Shown: positions 1-11,600 of the stretch, one piece after another
Position numbering within the stretch: position 1 is the stretch's first letter
Layout of the letters: each line of letters begins with the position of its first letter
DNA from: Eledone cirrhosa
Taxonomy: Eukaryota
Assembly (NCBI GenBank): GCA_964016885.1
Contig: OZ024741.1
Coordinates: forward strand, 224,068,001-224,132,000
Length of the DNA: 64,000 nucleotides
Reading direction: 5' to 3'
Program-made: the position numbers and the translations under genes
Notes under the pieces: generated by a model
Database searches by the model: none
What the model saw: the letters and a program-made list of their open reading frames with translations, nothing else
What the model was told of the DNA's origin: nothing

Positions 1-197
1 ACACTACACCAGACTACATCAGACAACACCACACCACACCACACTACACCACACCATACTACACAACACCACACCACACCACACCACACTACACCACACA
101 ACACCACACTACACCACACCACACAACACAACACTACACTACACCACACAACACAACACTACACTACACCACACAACAATGCCTACAACACCATACC
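1..197. repeat. Degenerate pentamer microsatellite (CACAC/CACTA/CACAA)n
   Basis: Direct periodicity. Ends in ACAACAATGCCTACAACACCATACC, which recurs ending at 5805. Confidence 0.95.
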
Positions 198-1960
198 TGT
201 CGTATGGAGGCCCGAGCATGCTCCTTGCTGCTGATACGGTCATACCCTCGGCTACTGGGGTCCAACAGGGTGACCCTTTGGGACCCCTCCTGTTCGCCCT
301 TGGTATTGACCACATCGCCCGGAGTATCACGGCCCCTCTCAACGTTTGGTATCTGGATGACGCTACGTTGGGGGGGGGGGGGGGGGGGGGGGGGGCGTAC
401 GGACGGTCTGCCATGACCTTCGATCGGTGGTTCCTGCCCTGGCGGGAATCGGCCTCCAGGTCAACTCGGCCAAGTCGGAGGTGGTGGACGTCAGCCGCGA
501 TTCTGCGAGCTTTGCAGCCTCCGTCTTGGACGTGCGGTCCATTCTCCGCCAGGTTCAGGTGACCCCCCAAAGAGGATGTCCTCATCCTCGGGTCACCGAT
601 CCACCCGCCGGCCGTCCGCTCCACCATCAGGTCCAGGCTTCAACAGCTCCAGACTCTCACGAGCCGACTGGGCTTGACTCACGGCCACCCAGCGCTCTTT
701 CTGCTGAGGAACTGCTTCGCCATTACGAAGCTCCCCTATACACTCCACAGCGCTCCGTGCTACACCCAGACATCTCTCCTCGCTGAACTCGATACTTGTA
801 TCTGAGCAGCAGCCGAGGAGATATGCAACGTCAAGTTTGACAACATAGGGTGGCAACAGGCCACTTTACTTGTCAGGTATGGCGGCCTAGGCCTCCGGTC
901 CCCATTCTCACTAGCTTTGCCGGCGTATCTTTCGTCGGTAACCTCGTGCCGCGTCCTCGTCAGCAGGGTTCTTCAAAGCACAACAGAACCCTCTGTGTTT
1001 AGAGAACGTGAGGCCGCCTGTGAGACGTGGGACCGGTTGGGACTTAGCCTAGTAGACGTCCCTCCTCCTTCTCCCCCTGTTGAAGTCAAGTCCCCCCAAC
1101 GCACTTGGGATGCCATCCAGTGCAGCCTGGCCTCAGACAAGCTCACGCGCTAGCTCGACCAGCACCGCCTTGCTTGTTTTCGTGCGGCCTCCAAACCCCA
1201 CAGTGGTGCCTGGTTCCATGCCCTGCCCTCCTTCTCCACTGGCACACAGCTAAACAACCATAGCCAGCGCACCGGCGTTTCCCTGACGCTCGGCCTCTGG
1301 ATCTGCCAGCCACAACAATGTTGCTGCGGTTCCACCGTGGACTCTTTCGGCCTCCACCCGCTTTTCTGTCTCCACAGTGCCGGCCGCATTCTACGCCATG
1401 CTGCCCTCAATGAGGTCACTAAGCATGGCTTGGACGCTGCTTCCCTGTTCGAGCCGGTGGGGCTGGATCGAGGGGAGGGCAAAAAGCCAGATGGCATGAC
1501 CATCTTCCCGTTCCGCGGTGGCAAACCCCTCGTCTGGGATGCCACTTGCACCGACACTTTCTGCAGCCGCAACCTGGTGCAGTCTGCGACTGACCCAGGT
1601 TCTGCTGCACGTCGGGCTGAGGAGGCCAAACTCCTCAAATACCGGTCGCTCTCCGACAGGTTGCGCTCGTACCCCTGGCAGTGGAGACTTCTGGTGTCCT
1701 CAGCCCCATGGCTACCTCCTTACTCACCACCATAGGCGCTGAGCTGGCCAGCCGCGAGTTGGAGTGGATTTTGCAGCGCGTGGCCCTTGCCGTCCTCCGG
1801 GGAAACGCCTTCTCCATTCTGTCCGCCGGGGCTGTGTGTGGGCCCCATCGCGTATCGTTGTAGTTGTTGTAGAACATACAAGAAGACAACAACTGGAAAG
1901 TTTGATTTTCTACTTTATCATTTACTTCTGCACTGAAATCGTAATATAAATGTATACTTA
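198..1960 (+). mobile_element. 5'-truncated, frameshifted CRE-clade non-LTR retrotransposon (RT, CCHC-type finger, restriction-like endonuclease)
   Basis: Motifs across frames: GVQQGDPLGPLLF, WYLDD, IGLQVNSAKSE, WQQATLLVRYGGLGLR, HSGAWFHALP, CCCGSTVDSFGLHPLFC..RHAALNE, KKPDGMTIFPFRGGKPLVWDATCTDT, VETSGV, QRVALAVLRGNA. Frameshifts at poly-G 370-395, ~565 and ~1660, plus in-frame stops. Flanked by ACCATACC (190-197 and 1961-1968). Confidence 0.9.
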
Positions 1961-1966
1961 ACCATA

Positions 1967-2074
1967 CCCTAGGTCGGATTGACAATGACAAACTCCAAAT
2001 ATCGACTCACTTCATATAACAGGCAAAACAACTATGACAGATACAACAGTCTGTCACTCCTCCAACCTCCAATA
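1967..2074 (+). pseudogene. Partial duplicate (108 bp) of the splice-acceptor end and 5' part of the putative exon at 5872
   Basis: Matches 5866-5973 with one visible mismatch (TCATATAAC vs TCATACAAC), then runs into the pentamer repeat. Confidence 0.85.
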
Positions 2075-5000
2075 CACTACACTACACCACACAACACCAC
2101 ACCACACCATACTACACAACACCACACCGCACAACACCACACCACACAACACTACACAACACCACACTACACTACACCACACAACACCACACCACACTAC
2201 ACTACACCACACAACACCACACCACACTACACTACACCACACCACACAACACCACACCATACTACACAACACCACACCGCACAACACCACACCACACAAC
2301 ACTACACAACACCACACCACACTACACTACACCACACAACACCACACTACACTACACTACACCACACCACACCACACTACACTACACCACACCACACAAC
2401 ACCACACCATACTACACAACACCACACCGCACAACACCACACAACACTACACCACACCACACTACACCACACCACACCACACTACACCACACCACACAAC
2501 ACCACACCACACAACACCACACCATACTACACAACACCATACTACACAACACCACACCGCACAACACCACACAACACTACACCACACCACACTACACCAC
2601 ACCACACCACACCACACTACACCACACCACACTACACCACACCACACCACACCACACTACACCACACTACACCACACCACACCACACCACACCACACTAC
2701 ACCACACTACACTACACCACACCACACCACACTACACCACACTACACTACACTACACCACACCACACCTCACTACGCCACACTACACCACACTACACGAC
2801 ACAACACTACACCACACCACACCACACCACACCACATCACACTACACTACACTACACCACACAACACCACACCATACTACACAACACCACACCGCACAAC
2901 ACCACACAACACTACACCACACCACACTACACCACACCACACCACACTACACCACACTACACGACATAACACTACACCACACCACACCACACCACACCAC
3001 ACTACACCACACTACACCCCACTACACTACACTACACTACACTACACTACACTACACTACACTACACTACACTACACTACACTACACTACACTACACTAC
3101 ACTACACTACACTACACTACACTACACTACACTACACCACACCACACCACACTACACCACACTACACCACACTACACGACACAACACTACACAACACCAC
3201 ACCATACTACACCACACCACACCACACTACACCACACTACACGACACAACACTACACCACACCACACCATACCACACCACACTACACTACACCACACCAC
3301 ACCACACCACACTACACCACACTACACCACACTACACTACACCACACAACACCACACCACACTACACTACACCACACCACACCACACTACACTACACCAC
3401 ACCACACCACACTACACCACACCACACTACACTACACCACACTACACGACACAACACTACACCACACCACACCACACCACACCACACTACACAACACCAC
3501 ACCACACCACACCACACCACACCACACTACACGACACAACACTACACCACACCACACCACACAACACCACACCACACTACACTACACCATACCACACCAC
3601 ACTACACCACACTACACCACACTACACTACACTACACCACACTACACCGCATCACACCACACTACACCACACTACACTACACCACACCACACCACACCAC
3701 ACTACACCACACTACACTACACCACACCACACTACACCACACCACACCACACCACACTACACTACACTACACCACACCACACCACACCACACTACACCAC
3801 ACAACACCACACCACACTACACTACACCATACCACACCACACTACACCACACTACACCACACTACACTACACCACACCACACCACACTACACCACACTAC
3901 ACTACACCACACCACACTACACCACACCACACCACACCACACTACACCACACTACACTACACCACACCACACCACACCACACCACACTACACCACACAAC
4001 ACCACACCACACTACACTACACCATACCACACCACACTGCACCACACTACACCACACTACACTACACTACACCACACTACACCGCATCACACCACACTAC
4101 ACCACACTACACTACACCACACCACACCACACTACACCACACCACACTACACCACACCACACTACACCACACCACACTACACCACACTACACTACACCAC
4201 ACCACACCACACCACACTACACTACACCACACTACACTACACCACACAACACCACACTATACCACAGCACATCAGACAACACACCACCACACTACACCAC
4301 ACAACACAACACTATACAACACCACACCACACTACACAACACTACACCACACCACACCACACCATACTACACAACACCACACCACACAACAGCACACCAC
4401 ACAACACCACACCGCACTACACCACACAACACAACACTACACAACACCACACTACACAACACCACACTACACCACACCACACAACACAACACCACACTAC
4501 ACTACTCTACACTACACCACACCACACCACACCACACCACACCACACTATTCTACACTAAACCACAAACCACCACACTACACTACACCACACTACACAAC
4601 ACTACTCTACACAACACTACACTACTCTACACTATACCACACTACACCACACCACACTACACCACACCACACCACACGACACTACACTATACCACACAAC
4701 ACAACACTACACCACACAACACAACACCATACTACACTACACCACACAACACAACACAACACCATACTACACTACACCACACCACACTACACCACACAAC
4801 ACAACACCACACTACATTACACCACACTACACCACACCACACTACACCACACCACACCACACGACACTACACTATACCACACAACACAACACTACACTAC
4901 ACTATACCACACAACACAACACTACACCACACCTCACAACACAACACTACACTACACTATACCACACCACACCACACTACACAACAGCACACTATACTAC

Positions 5001-5805
5001 TCTACACTACACCGCACTACACCACACTACACCATACTACACTACTCTACACTGCACCACACTACACTACACCACACAACACCACACTACACCACACTAC
5101 ACCACACCACACTACACTACTCTACACTGCACCACATAACACTACTCTACACCAGTGATTCTGAACGTGGTCCAGGTGGACCACCGGTGGTTCACATAGC
5201 ATTTCTAGTGGTCCACAGAGAATTCGTAGCCATAAAAAAATTGTAGCCATTTCACAAAAATGTAACTAATATAATATTTTGTTTAATTACACACATGTCC
5301 ATCATGTCCTGATACTATGGGCATGTGGTTAGAACGTCTCTAGCAGTTCTATTACAAAAGATTTAAAAGTTTAGGTGGTCCACAGGAAAAAATTACTTAT
5401 TTTGGTGGTCCACAGCGAAAAAAAGGTTGAGAACCCCTGCTCTACACAACACTACACTACTGTACACAACACCACACAACACAAAACCACATTACACTAC
5501 TCTAAACCACACCACACTACACCACACCACACAACACAACACCACACTACACTACTCTACACTACACCACACTACACCACACCACTCTACACTACTCTAC
5601 ACTACACCACACTATACCATACTACACTACACTACACAACACAACCCTACTGTACACAACACTACACTACTGTACACAACACCACATCACACAAAATCAC
5701 ACTACACTACTCTACACCACACCATACTACACCACACCATACTACACCACACCACACAACACAACACCACACTACACCACACAACAATGCCTACAACACC
5801 ATACC
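2075..5805. repeat. Long degenerate pentamer satellite (ACACC/ACACT/ACACA)n, interrupted by a hAT MITE
   Basis: Direct 5-bp periodicity over ~3.4 kb; source of the HHTTP ORFs. Confidence 0.97.
5153..5439. mobile_element. Non-autonomous hAT (Charlie-like) MITE
   Basis: Ends CAGTGATTCTGAAC / GTTGAGAACCCCTG (imperfect TIR). 8-bp TSD CTCTACAC at 5145-5152 and 5440-5447. Subterminal GTGGTCCAC motifs. Confidence 0.88.
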
Positions 5806-5871
5806 ATTGTGCCTAAATTAGAAATCATCTCCCCCCTCCATTTTTGTCCTGTTTGTGTGTATCTTCCCTAG

Positions 5872-6014
5872 GTCGGATTGACAATGACAAACTCCAAATA
5901 TCGACTCACTTCATACAACAGGCAAAACAACTATGACAGATACAACAGTCTGTCACTCCTCCAACCTCCAATATGGCGACGGCATTCCTTTTGCATAGCT
6001 TTCCGACATCGCAA

Positions 6015-6046
<32 letters not shown>

Positions 6047-6054
6047 TCACCAGC

Positions 6055-6085
<31 letters not shown>

Positions 6086-6258
6086 ACAACACCAACAACA
6101 CCACCACCACCACTACCACCATCACCACCAGCAGCACCACAACCGCAACTGCCGCCGTCGCTGCCACCATCACCACCGCCAACAATAACATAACCAACAC
6201 CACCGCCGCCGCCGCCACCGCCTTGCTCAGTTCCGTTGTGAAGGCGGGTGTCTTTCCG
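5872..6258 (+). CDS. Putative host coding exon, unidentified protein with Ser/Thr/Asn/Ala low-complexity tract (VGLTMTNSKYRLTSYNRQ...WRRHSFC...VKAGVFP)
   Basis: Pyrimidine-rich tract ending TTCCCTAG|G at 5871. Open phase-0 frame of 129 codons with ATG at 5884. Candidate donor CCG|GTTAGC at 6259; beyond it the track ORF reads into a SINE. No domain recognised. Confidence 0.45.
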
Positions 6259-6289
6259 GTTAGCGTATTTCATTATAGTTCTAAGATCG

Positions 6290-6755
6290 TCAGTCCAAAT
6301 CTCGAACCAAGCGGCTCGTTGTTGTTTTTGAGCAAGACACCTTATTCCAAGTTGCTCCAGGTAACTCATCTGGTAAAAGTGAGTTGTACCTGTACTTCAA
6401 TGGGTCAGCCTTGTGGCACTGTGTTACGCTGAATTTACCTGGCAATTGCATTGAAGCTAAACGTGTTTGAGGAAGGCTCAAACACCTGCACTATTACTTG
6501 AGGGCGGTGGATTGGCAGTATTGGGAGAGGGTCGGACGCCATGCTTTGACGTATAGAGTTACGGCCCTTGCCATTCTGAGTTCAAATCCCGCCGAGGTTA
6601 ACTTTGCCTTTCATCCTTACGGGGTCGATAAAATAAAGTACCAGTAATGCACTGGATAATTGCTGGCCTTGTGCCTAACGTAGAAACAACTATTACTTAA
6701 CGAGCAAGTTGTTCCGTTGACCTACTGGAACAGTCATCGTGGGAACCGACGGAAC
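6290..6755 (+). mobile_element. Decayed CORE-type SINE, split by a younger SINE
   Basis: TTGAGCAAGACACCTTATTCCAAGTTGCTCCAG core. Tail GTTCCGTTGA..GGAACCGACGG shared with 25810-26090 and 27085-27325. Confidence 0.65.
6501..6688 (+). mobile_element. tRNA-derived SINE with Meta/Sauria-like central domain (subfamily A)
   Basis: GGGCGG start, B box GAGTTCAAATCC, central GCCTTTCATCCTTACGGGGTCGATAAAATAAAGTACCAG. TSD CTATTACTT(G/A)A. Many copies in the window. Confidence 0.88.
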
Positions 6756-6764
6756 TCAAATAAC

Positions 6765-8217
6765 ATGTACGTATCTGTGTATGTTTCTGTATGTGTGTAT
6801 GTGTGTATGTATGTATGTATATATGTATGTATATGTAAGTTTGTGTGTTTATGAATGTATGTATGTATGTATGTATATATGTATGTATATGTAAGTTTGT
6901 GTGTTTATGAATGTATGTATGTATGTATGTATATATGTATGTATATGTAAGTTTGTGTGTTTATGAATGTATGTATGTATGTATATATGTATGTATATGT
7001 AAGTTTGTGTGTTTATGAATGTATGTATGTATGTATGTATGTATATATGTATGTCCGGGAGAGATGACCCCTTAACCTTTGTCAAGGCAGAATTCTAGGA
7101 GAAGGAAAACTCTGATATAACACCTGCAACCCTGATGGTATCCAATGATGTTGACTTGTTCTTCTTTTTGGTAAATATCATCTTGGTTAAGAGAGTGGGA
7201 CTGGCTTTGTGCAGTGCCTTTGCTCACTATAAAAGCTTCACGGCACAGGCATTGCTTTATATGTGGAGATCTCTCTGCACTTGTCGTCACATGGTACCAT
7301 GGGCCCAGCACTATGTGTCAATAATTGTCACAAGTGTAGTGTTTGTACCAGAGTTTTCAAGTCGCTGGCTGGACTAAAAAGTCACACTCGTTCAGCGCAT
7401 CAGTAGGGGTTCTCCTACATGGATATAAAGTAGTGGCCGTACTTGAAAACGAGTTGGCCGCCACCATGTATATGTAAGTTTGTGTGTTTATGAATGTATG
7501 TATGTATATGTAAGTTTGTGTGTTTATGAATGTATGTATGTATGTATATATGTATGTATATGTAAGTTTGTGTGTTTATGAATCTATGTATGTATATATG
7601 TATGTATATGTAAGTTTGTGTGTTTATGAATGTATGTATGTATGTATATATGTATGTATTTGTAAGTTTGTGTGTTTATGAATGTATGTAGGTATGTATG
7701 TATGTATATATGTATGTATATGTAAGTTTGTGTGTTTATGAATGTATGTATGTATGTGTATATGTATGTTCATGTAAGTTTGTGTGTTTATGAATGTATG
7801 TATGTATGTATGTATGTATGTATATGTAAGTTTGTGTGTTTATGAATGTATGTATGTATGTATATATGTATGTATATGTAAGTTTGTGTGTTTATGAATG
7901 TATGTATGTATGTATATATGTATGTATATGTAAGTTTGTGTGTTTATGAATGTATGTATGTATGTATATATGTATGTATATGTAAGTTTGTGTGTTTATG
8001 AATGTATGTATGTATGTATATATGTATGTATATGTAAGTTTGTGTGTTTATGAATGTATGTATGTATGTATGTATGTATGTATGTATGTATGTATGTATG
8101 TATGTATGTATGTATGTATGTATGTATGCATGCATGCATGTATATATGTAAGTTTGTGTGTTTATGTATATATCTATGTATGCATATATATGTATGTATG
8201 TTTGTAAATATGTCTGC

Positions 8218-8248
<31 letters not shown>

Positions 8249-8282
8249 TGTATGTATGTATGTATGTTTGTATATATGTTTG

Positions 8283-8316
<34 letters not shown>

Positions 8317-8345
8317 TGTATGTATGTATGTATATATATATATGT
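6765..8345. repeat. (TATG)n-based minisatellite, ~40-bp unit GTAAGTTTGTGTGTTTATGAATGTATG...
   Basis: Repeated anchor GTAAGTTTGTGTGTTTATGAA separated by variable (TATG)n. Confidence 0.95.
7056..7466 (+). mobile_element. Internally deleted RTE-type LINE derivative retaining a C-terminal C2H2 zinc finger
   Basis: 7329-7406 encodes HKCSVCTRVFKSLAGLKSHTRSAHQ*, followed by a short 3'UTR running into the satellite. The 5' part has CTAGGAGAAGGAAAACTCTGAT, a motif I recall from RTE 5' regions. Confidence 0.6.
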
Positions 8346-8389
8346 AATGTTATTTTCAAGTGTGGTAATATCATACTGATAGTATTTAA

Positions 8390-8620
8390 TTATGATGATG
8401 ATGATGACAATGGTAATGATGATGTTGATAATAGTGGAGCTGCTGCTACTGATGATGATGATGATGATGATAATAGTGGTGCTGCTACTGATGATGATGA
8501 TGTTGATAATAGTGGTGCTGCTACTGATGATGATGATGTTGATAATAGTGGTGCTGCTACTGATGATGATTATGTTGATAATAGTGGTGCTGCTACTGAT
8601 GATGATTATGATGATATACA
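8390..8620. repeat. (GAT)n-based ~33-bp minisatellite (GATGTTGATAATAGTGGTGCTGCTACT)
   Basis: About five direct copies. Confidence 0.9.
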
Positions 8621-8674
8621 GTACACTATTACAATAATTGTTTTCACAGCTGTTTTTCTTTTTTATTGATTGCT

Positions 8675-11600
8675 GTTGTTGTTGTTGTTGTTGTTAGTAG
8701 TAGTGGTGGTGGTAATGTTGTTGTTGTTGTTAGTAGTAGTGGTGGTGGTAATGTTGTTGTTGTTAGTAGTAGTAGTGGTGGTGGTGGTGGTAATGTTGTT
8801 GTTGTTGTTAGTAGTGGTGGTGGTAATGTTGTTGTTGTTGTTAGTAGTAGTAGTAGTGGTGGTAATGTTGTTGTTGTTGTTAGTAGTAGTGGTGGTGGTA
8901 ATGTTGTTGTTGTTGTTAGTAGTAGTGGTGGTGGTAATGTTGTTGTTGTTAGTAGTAGTAGTGGTGGTGGTGGTGGTAATGTTGTTGTTGTTGTTAGTAG
9001 TGGTGGTGGTAATGTTGTTGTTGTTGTTAGTAGTAGTAGTAGTGGTGGTAATGTTGTTGTTGTTGTTAGTAGTAGTGGTGGTGGTAATGTTGTTGTTGTT
9101 GTTGTTAGTAGTAGTAGTGGTGGTGGTAATGTTGTTGTTGTTGTTAGTAGTAGTAGTAGTGGTGGTAATGTTGTTGTTGTTGTTAGTAGTAGTGGTGGTA
9201 ATGTTGTTGTTGTTGTTGTTAGTAGTAGTGGTGGTGGTAATGTTGTTGTTGTTGTTAGTAGTAGTAGTGGTGGTGGTAATGTTGTTGTTGTTGTTAGTAG
9301 TAGTAGTAGTGGTGGTAATGTTGTTGTTGTTAGTAGTAGTAGTGGTGGTGGTAATGTTGTTGTTGTTGTTGTTGTTAGTAGTAGTGGTGGTGGTAATGTT
9401 GTTGTTGTTGTTAGTAGTAGTAGTGGTGGTGGTGGTAATGTTGTTGTTGTTGTTAGTAGTAGTAGTGGTGGTGGTAATGTTGTTGTTGTTGTTAGTAGTA
9501 GTAGTAGTGGTGGTAATGTTGTTGTTGTTGTTAGTAGTAGTGGTGGTAATTTTGTTGTTGTTGTTGTTAGTAGTAGTGGTGGTGGTAATGTTGTTGTTGT
9601 TGTTAGTAGTAGTAGTGGTGGTGGTGGTAATGTTGTTGTTGTTAGTAGTAGTAGTGGTGGTGGTAATGTTGTTGTTGTTGTTGTTAGTAGTAGTGGTGGT
9701 GGTAATGTTGTTGTTGTTGTTGTTAGTAGTAGTGGTGGTGGTGGTAATGTTGTTGTTGTTAGTAGTAGTGGTGGTGGTAATGTTGTTGTTGTTGTTGTTA
9801 GTAGTAGTGGTGGTGGTAATGTTGTTGTTGTTGTTAGTAGTAGTAGTGGTGGTGGTGGTAATGTTGTTGTTGTTAGTAGTAGTAGTGGTGGTGGTAATGT
9901 TGTTGTTGTTGTTAGTAGTAGTAGTGGTGGTGGTAATGTTGTTGTTGTTGTTAGTAGTAGTAGTGGTGGTGGTAATGTTGTTGTTGTTGTTAGTAGTAGT
10001 GGTGGTGGTGGTAATGTTGTTGTTGTTGTTAGTAGTAGTGGTGGTGGTAATGTTGTTGTTGTTGTTAGTAGTAGTAGTGGTGGTAATGTTGTTGTTGTTA
10101 GTAGTAGTGGTGGTGGTAATGTTGTTGTTGTTGTTAGTAGTAGTGGTGGTGGTGGTAATGTTGTTGTTGTTGTTAGTAGTAGTGGTGGTGGTAATGTTGT
10201 TGTTGTTGTTAGTAGTAGTAGTGGTGGTAATGTTGTTGTTGTTAGTAGTAGTGGTGGTGGTAATGTTGTTGTTGTTGTTAGTAGTGGTGGTGGTGGTAAT
10301 GTTGTTGTTGTTGTTAGTAGTAGTGGTGGTGGTGGTAATGTTGTTGTTGTTGTTAGTAGTAGTAGTGGTGGTGGTAATGTTGTTGTTGTTGTTAGTAGTA
10401 GTAGTGGTGGTGGTGTTAATGTTGTTGTTGTTGTTAGTAGTGGTAGTGGTGGTAATGTTGTTGTTGTTAGTAGTAGTAGTGGTGGTGGTGTTAATGTTGT
10501 TGTTGTTGTTAGTAGTAGTAGTGGTGGTGGTAATGTTGTTGTTGTTGTTAGTAGTAGTAGTGGTGGTAATGTTGTTGTTGTTAGTAGTAGTAGTGGTGGT
10601 GGTGTTAATGTTGTTGTTGTTGTTAGTAGTAGTAGTGGTGGTGGTGGTAATGTTGTTGTTGTTGTTAGTAGTGGTGGTGGTGGTAATGTTGTTGTTGTTG
10701 TTAGTAGTAGTGGTGGTGGTGGTAATGTTGTTGTTGTTGTTAGTAGTAGTAGTGGTGGTGGTAATGTTGTTGTTGTTGTTAGTAGTAGTAGTGGTGGTGG
10801 TAATGTTGTTGTTGTTGTTAGTAGTAGTGGTGGTGGTGGTGTTAATGTTGTTGTTGTTGTTAGTAGTGGTAGTGGTGGTGGTAATGTTGTTGTTGTTGTT
10901 AGTAGTAGTGGTGGTGGTAATGTTGTTGTTGTTAGTAGTAGTAGTGGTGGTGGTGGTAATGTTGTTGTTGTTGTTGGTAGTAGTAGTGGTGGTGGTAATG
11001 TTGTTGTTGTTGTTAGTAGTAGTGGTGGTGGTAATGTTGTTGTTGTTGTTAGTAGTAGTGGTGGTGGTGGTGTTAATGTTGTTGTTGTTGTTAGTAGTAG
11101 TAGTGGTGGTGGTGTTAATGTTGTTGTTGTTGTTAGTAGTGGTAGTGGTGGTAATGTTGTTGTTGTTGTTAGTAGTAGTAGTGGTGGTAATGTTGTTGTT
11201 GTTGTTAGTAGTAGTGGTGGTGGTGTTAATGTTGTTGTTGTTGTTAGTAGTAGTGGTGGTGGTAATGTTGTTGTTGTTAGTAGTAGTGGTGGTGGTAATG
11301 TTGTTGTTGTTGTTAGTAGTAGTGGTGGTGGTGGTAATGTTGTTGTTGTTGTTGTTAGTAGTAGTAGTGGTGGTGGTAATGTTGTTGTTGTTGTTAGTAG
11401 TAGTGGTGGTGGTGGTAATGTTGTTGTTGTTGTTGTTAGTAGTAGTAGTGGTGGTGGTAATGTTGTTGTTGTTGTTAGTAGTAGTAGTGGTGGTGGTAAT
11501 GTTGTTGTTGTTAGTAGTAGTGGTGGTGGTAATGTTGTTGTTGTTGTTAGTAGTAGTGGTGGTGGTGGTAATGTTGTTGTTGTTGTTGTTAGTAGTAGTA

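Noticed and set aside
5970-5995. WRRHSFC resembles the PDE4 N-terminal RRHSW motif
   Set aside because: Only a short match, with no UCR1 or catalytic exons in the window; no gene symbol assigned.
6765-8345. CRISPR-like look of a constant anchor with variable spacers (also 19165-19810)
   Set aside because: The spacers are (TATG)n or (CCA)n rather than unique sequence; eukaryotic context; no cas genes.
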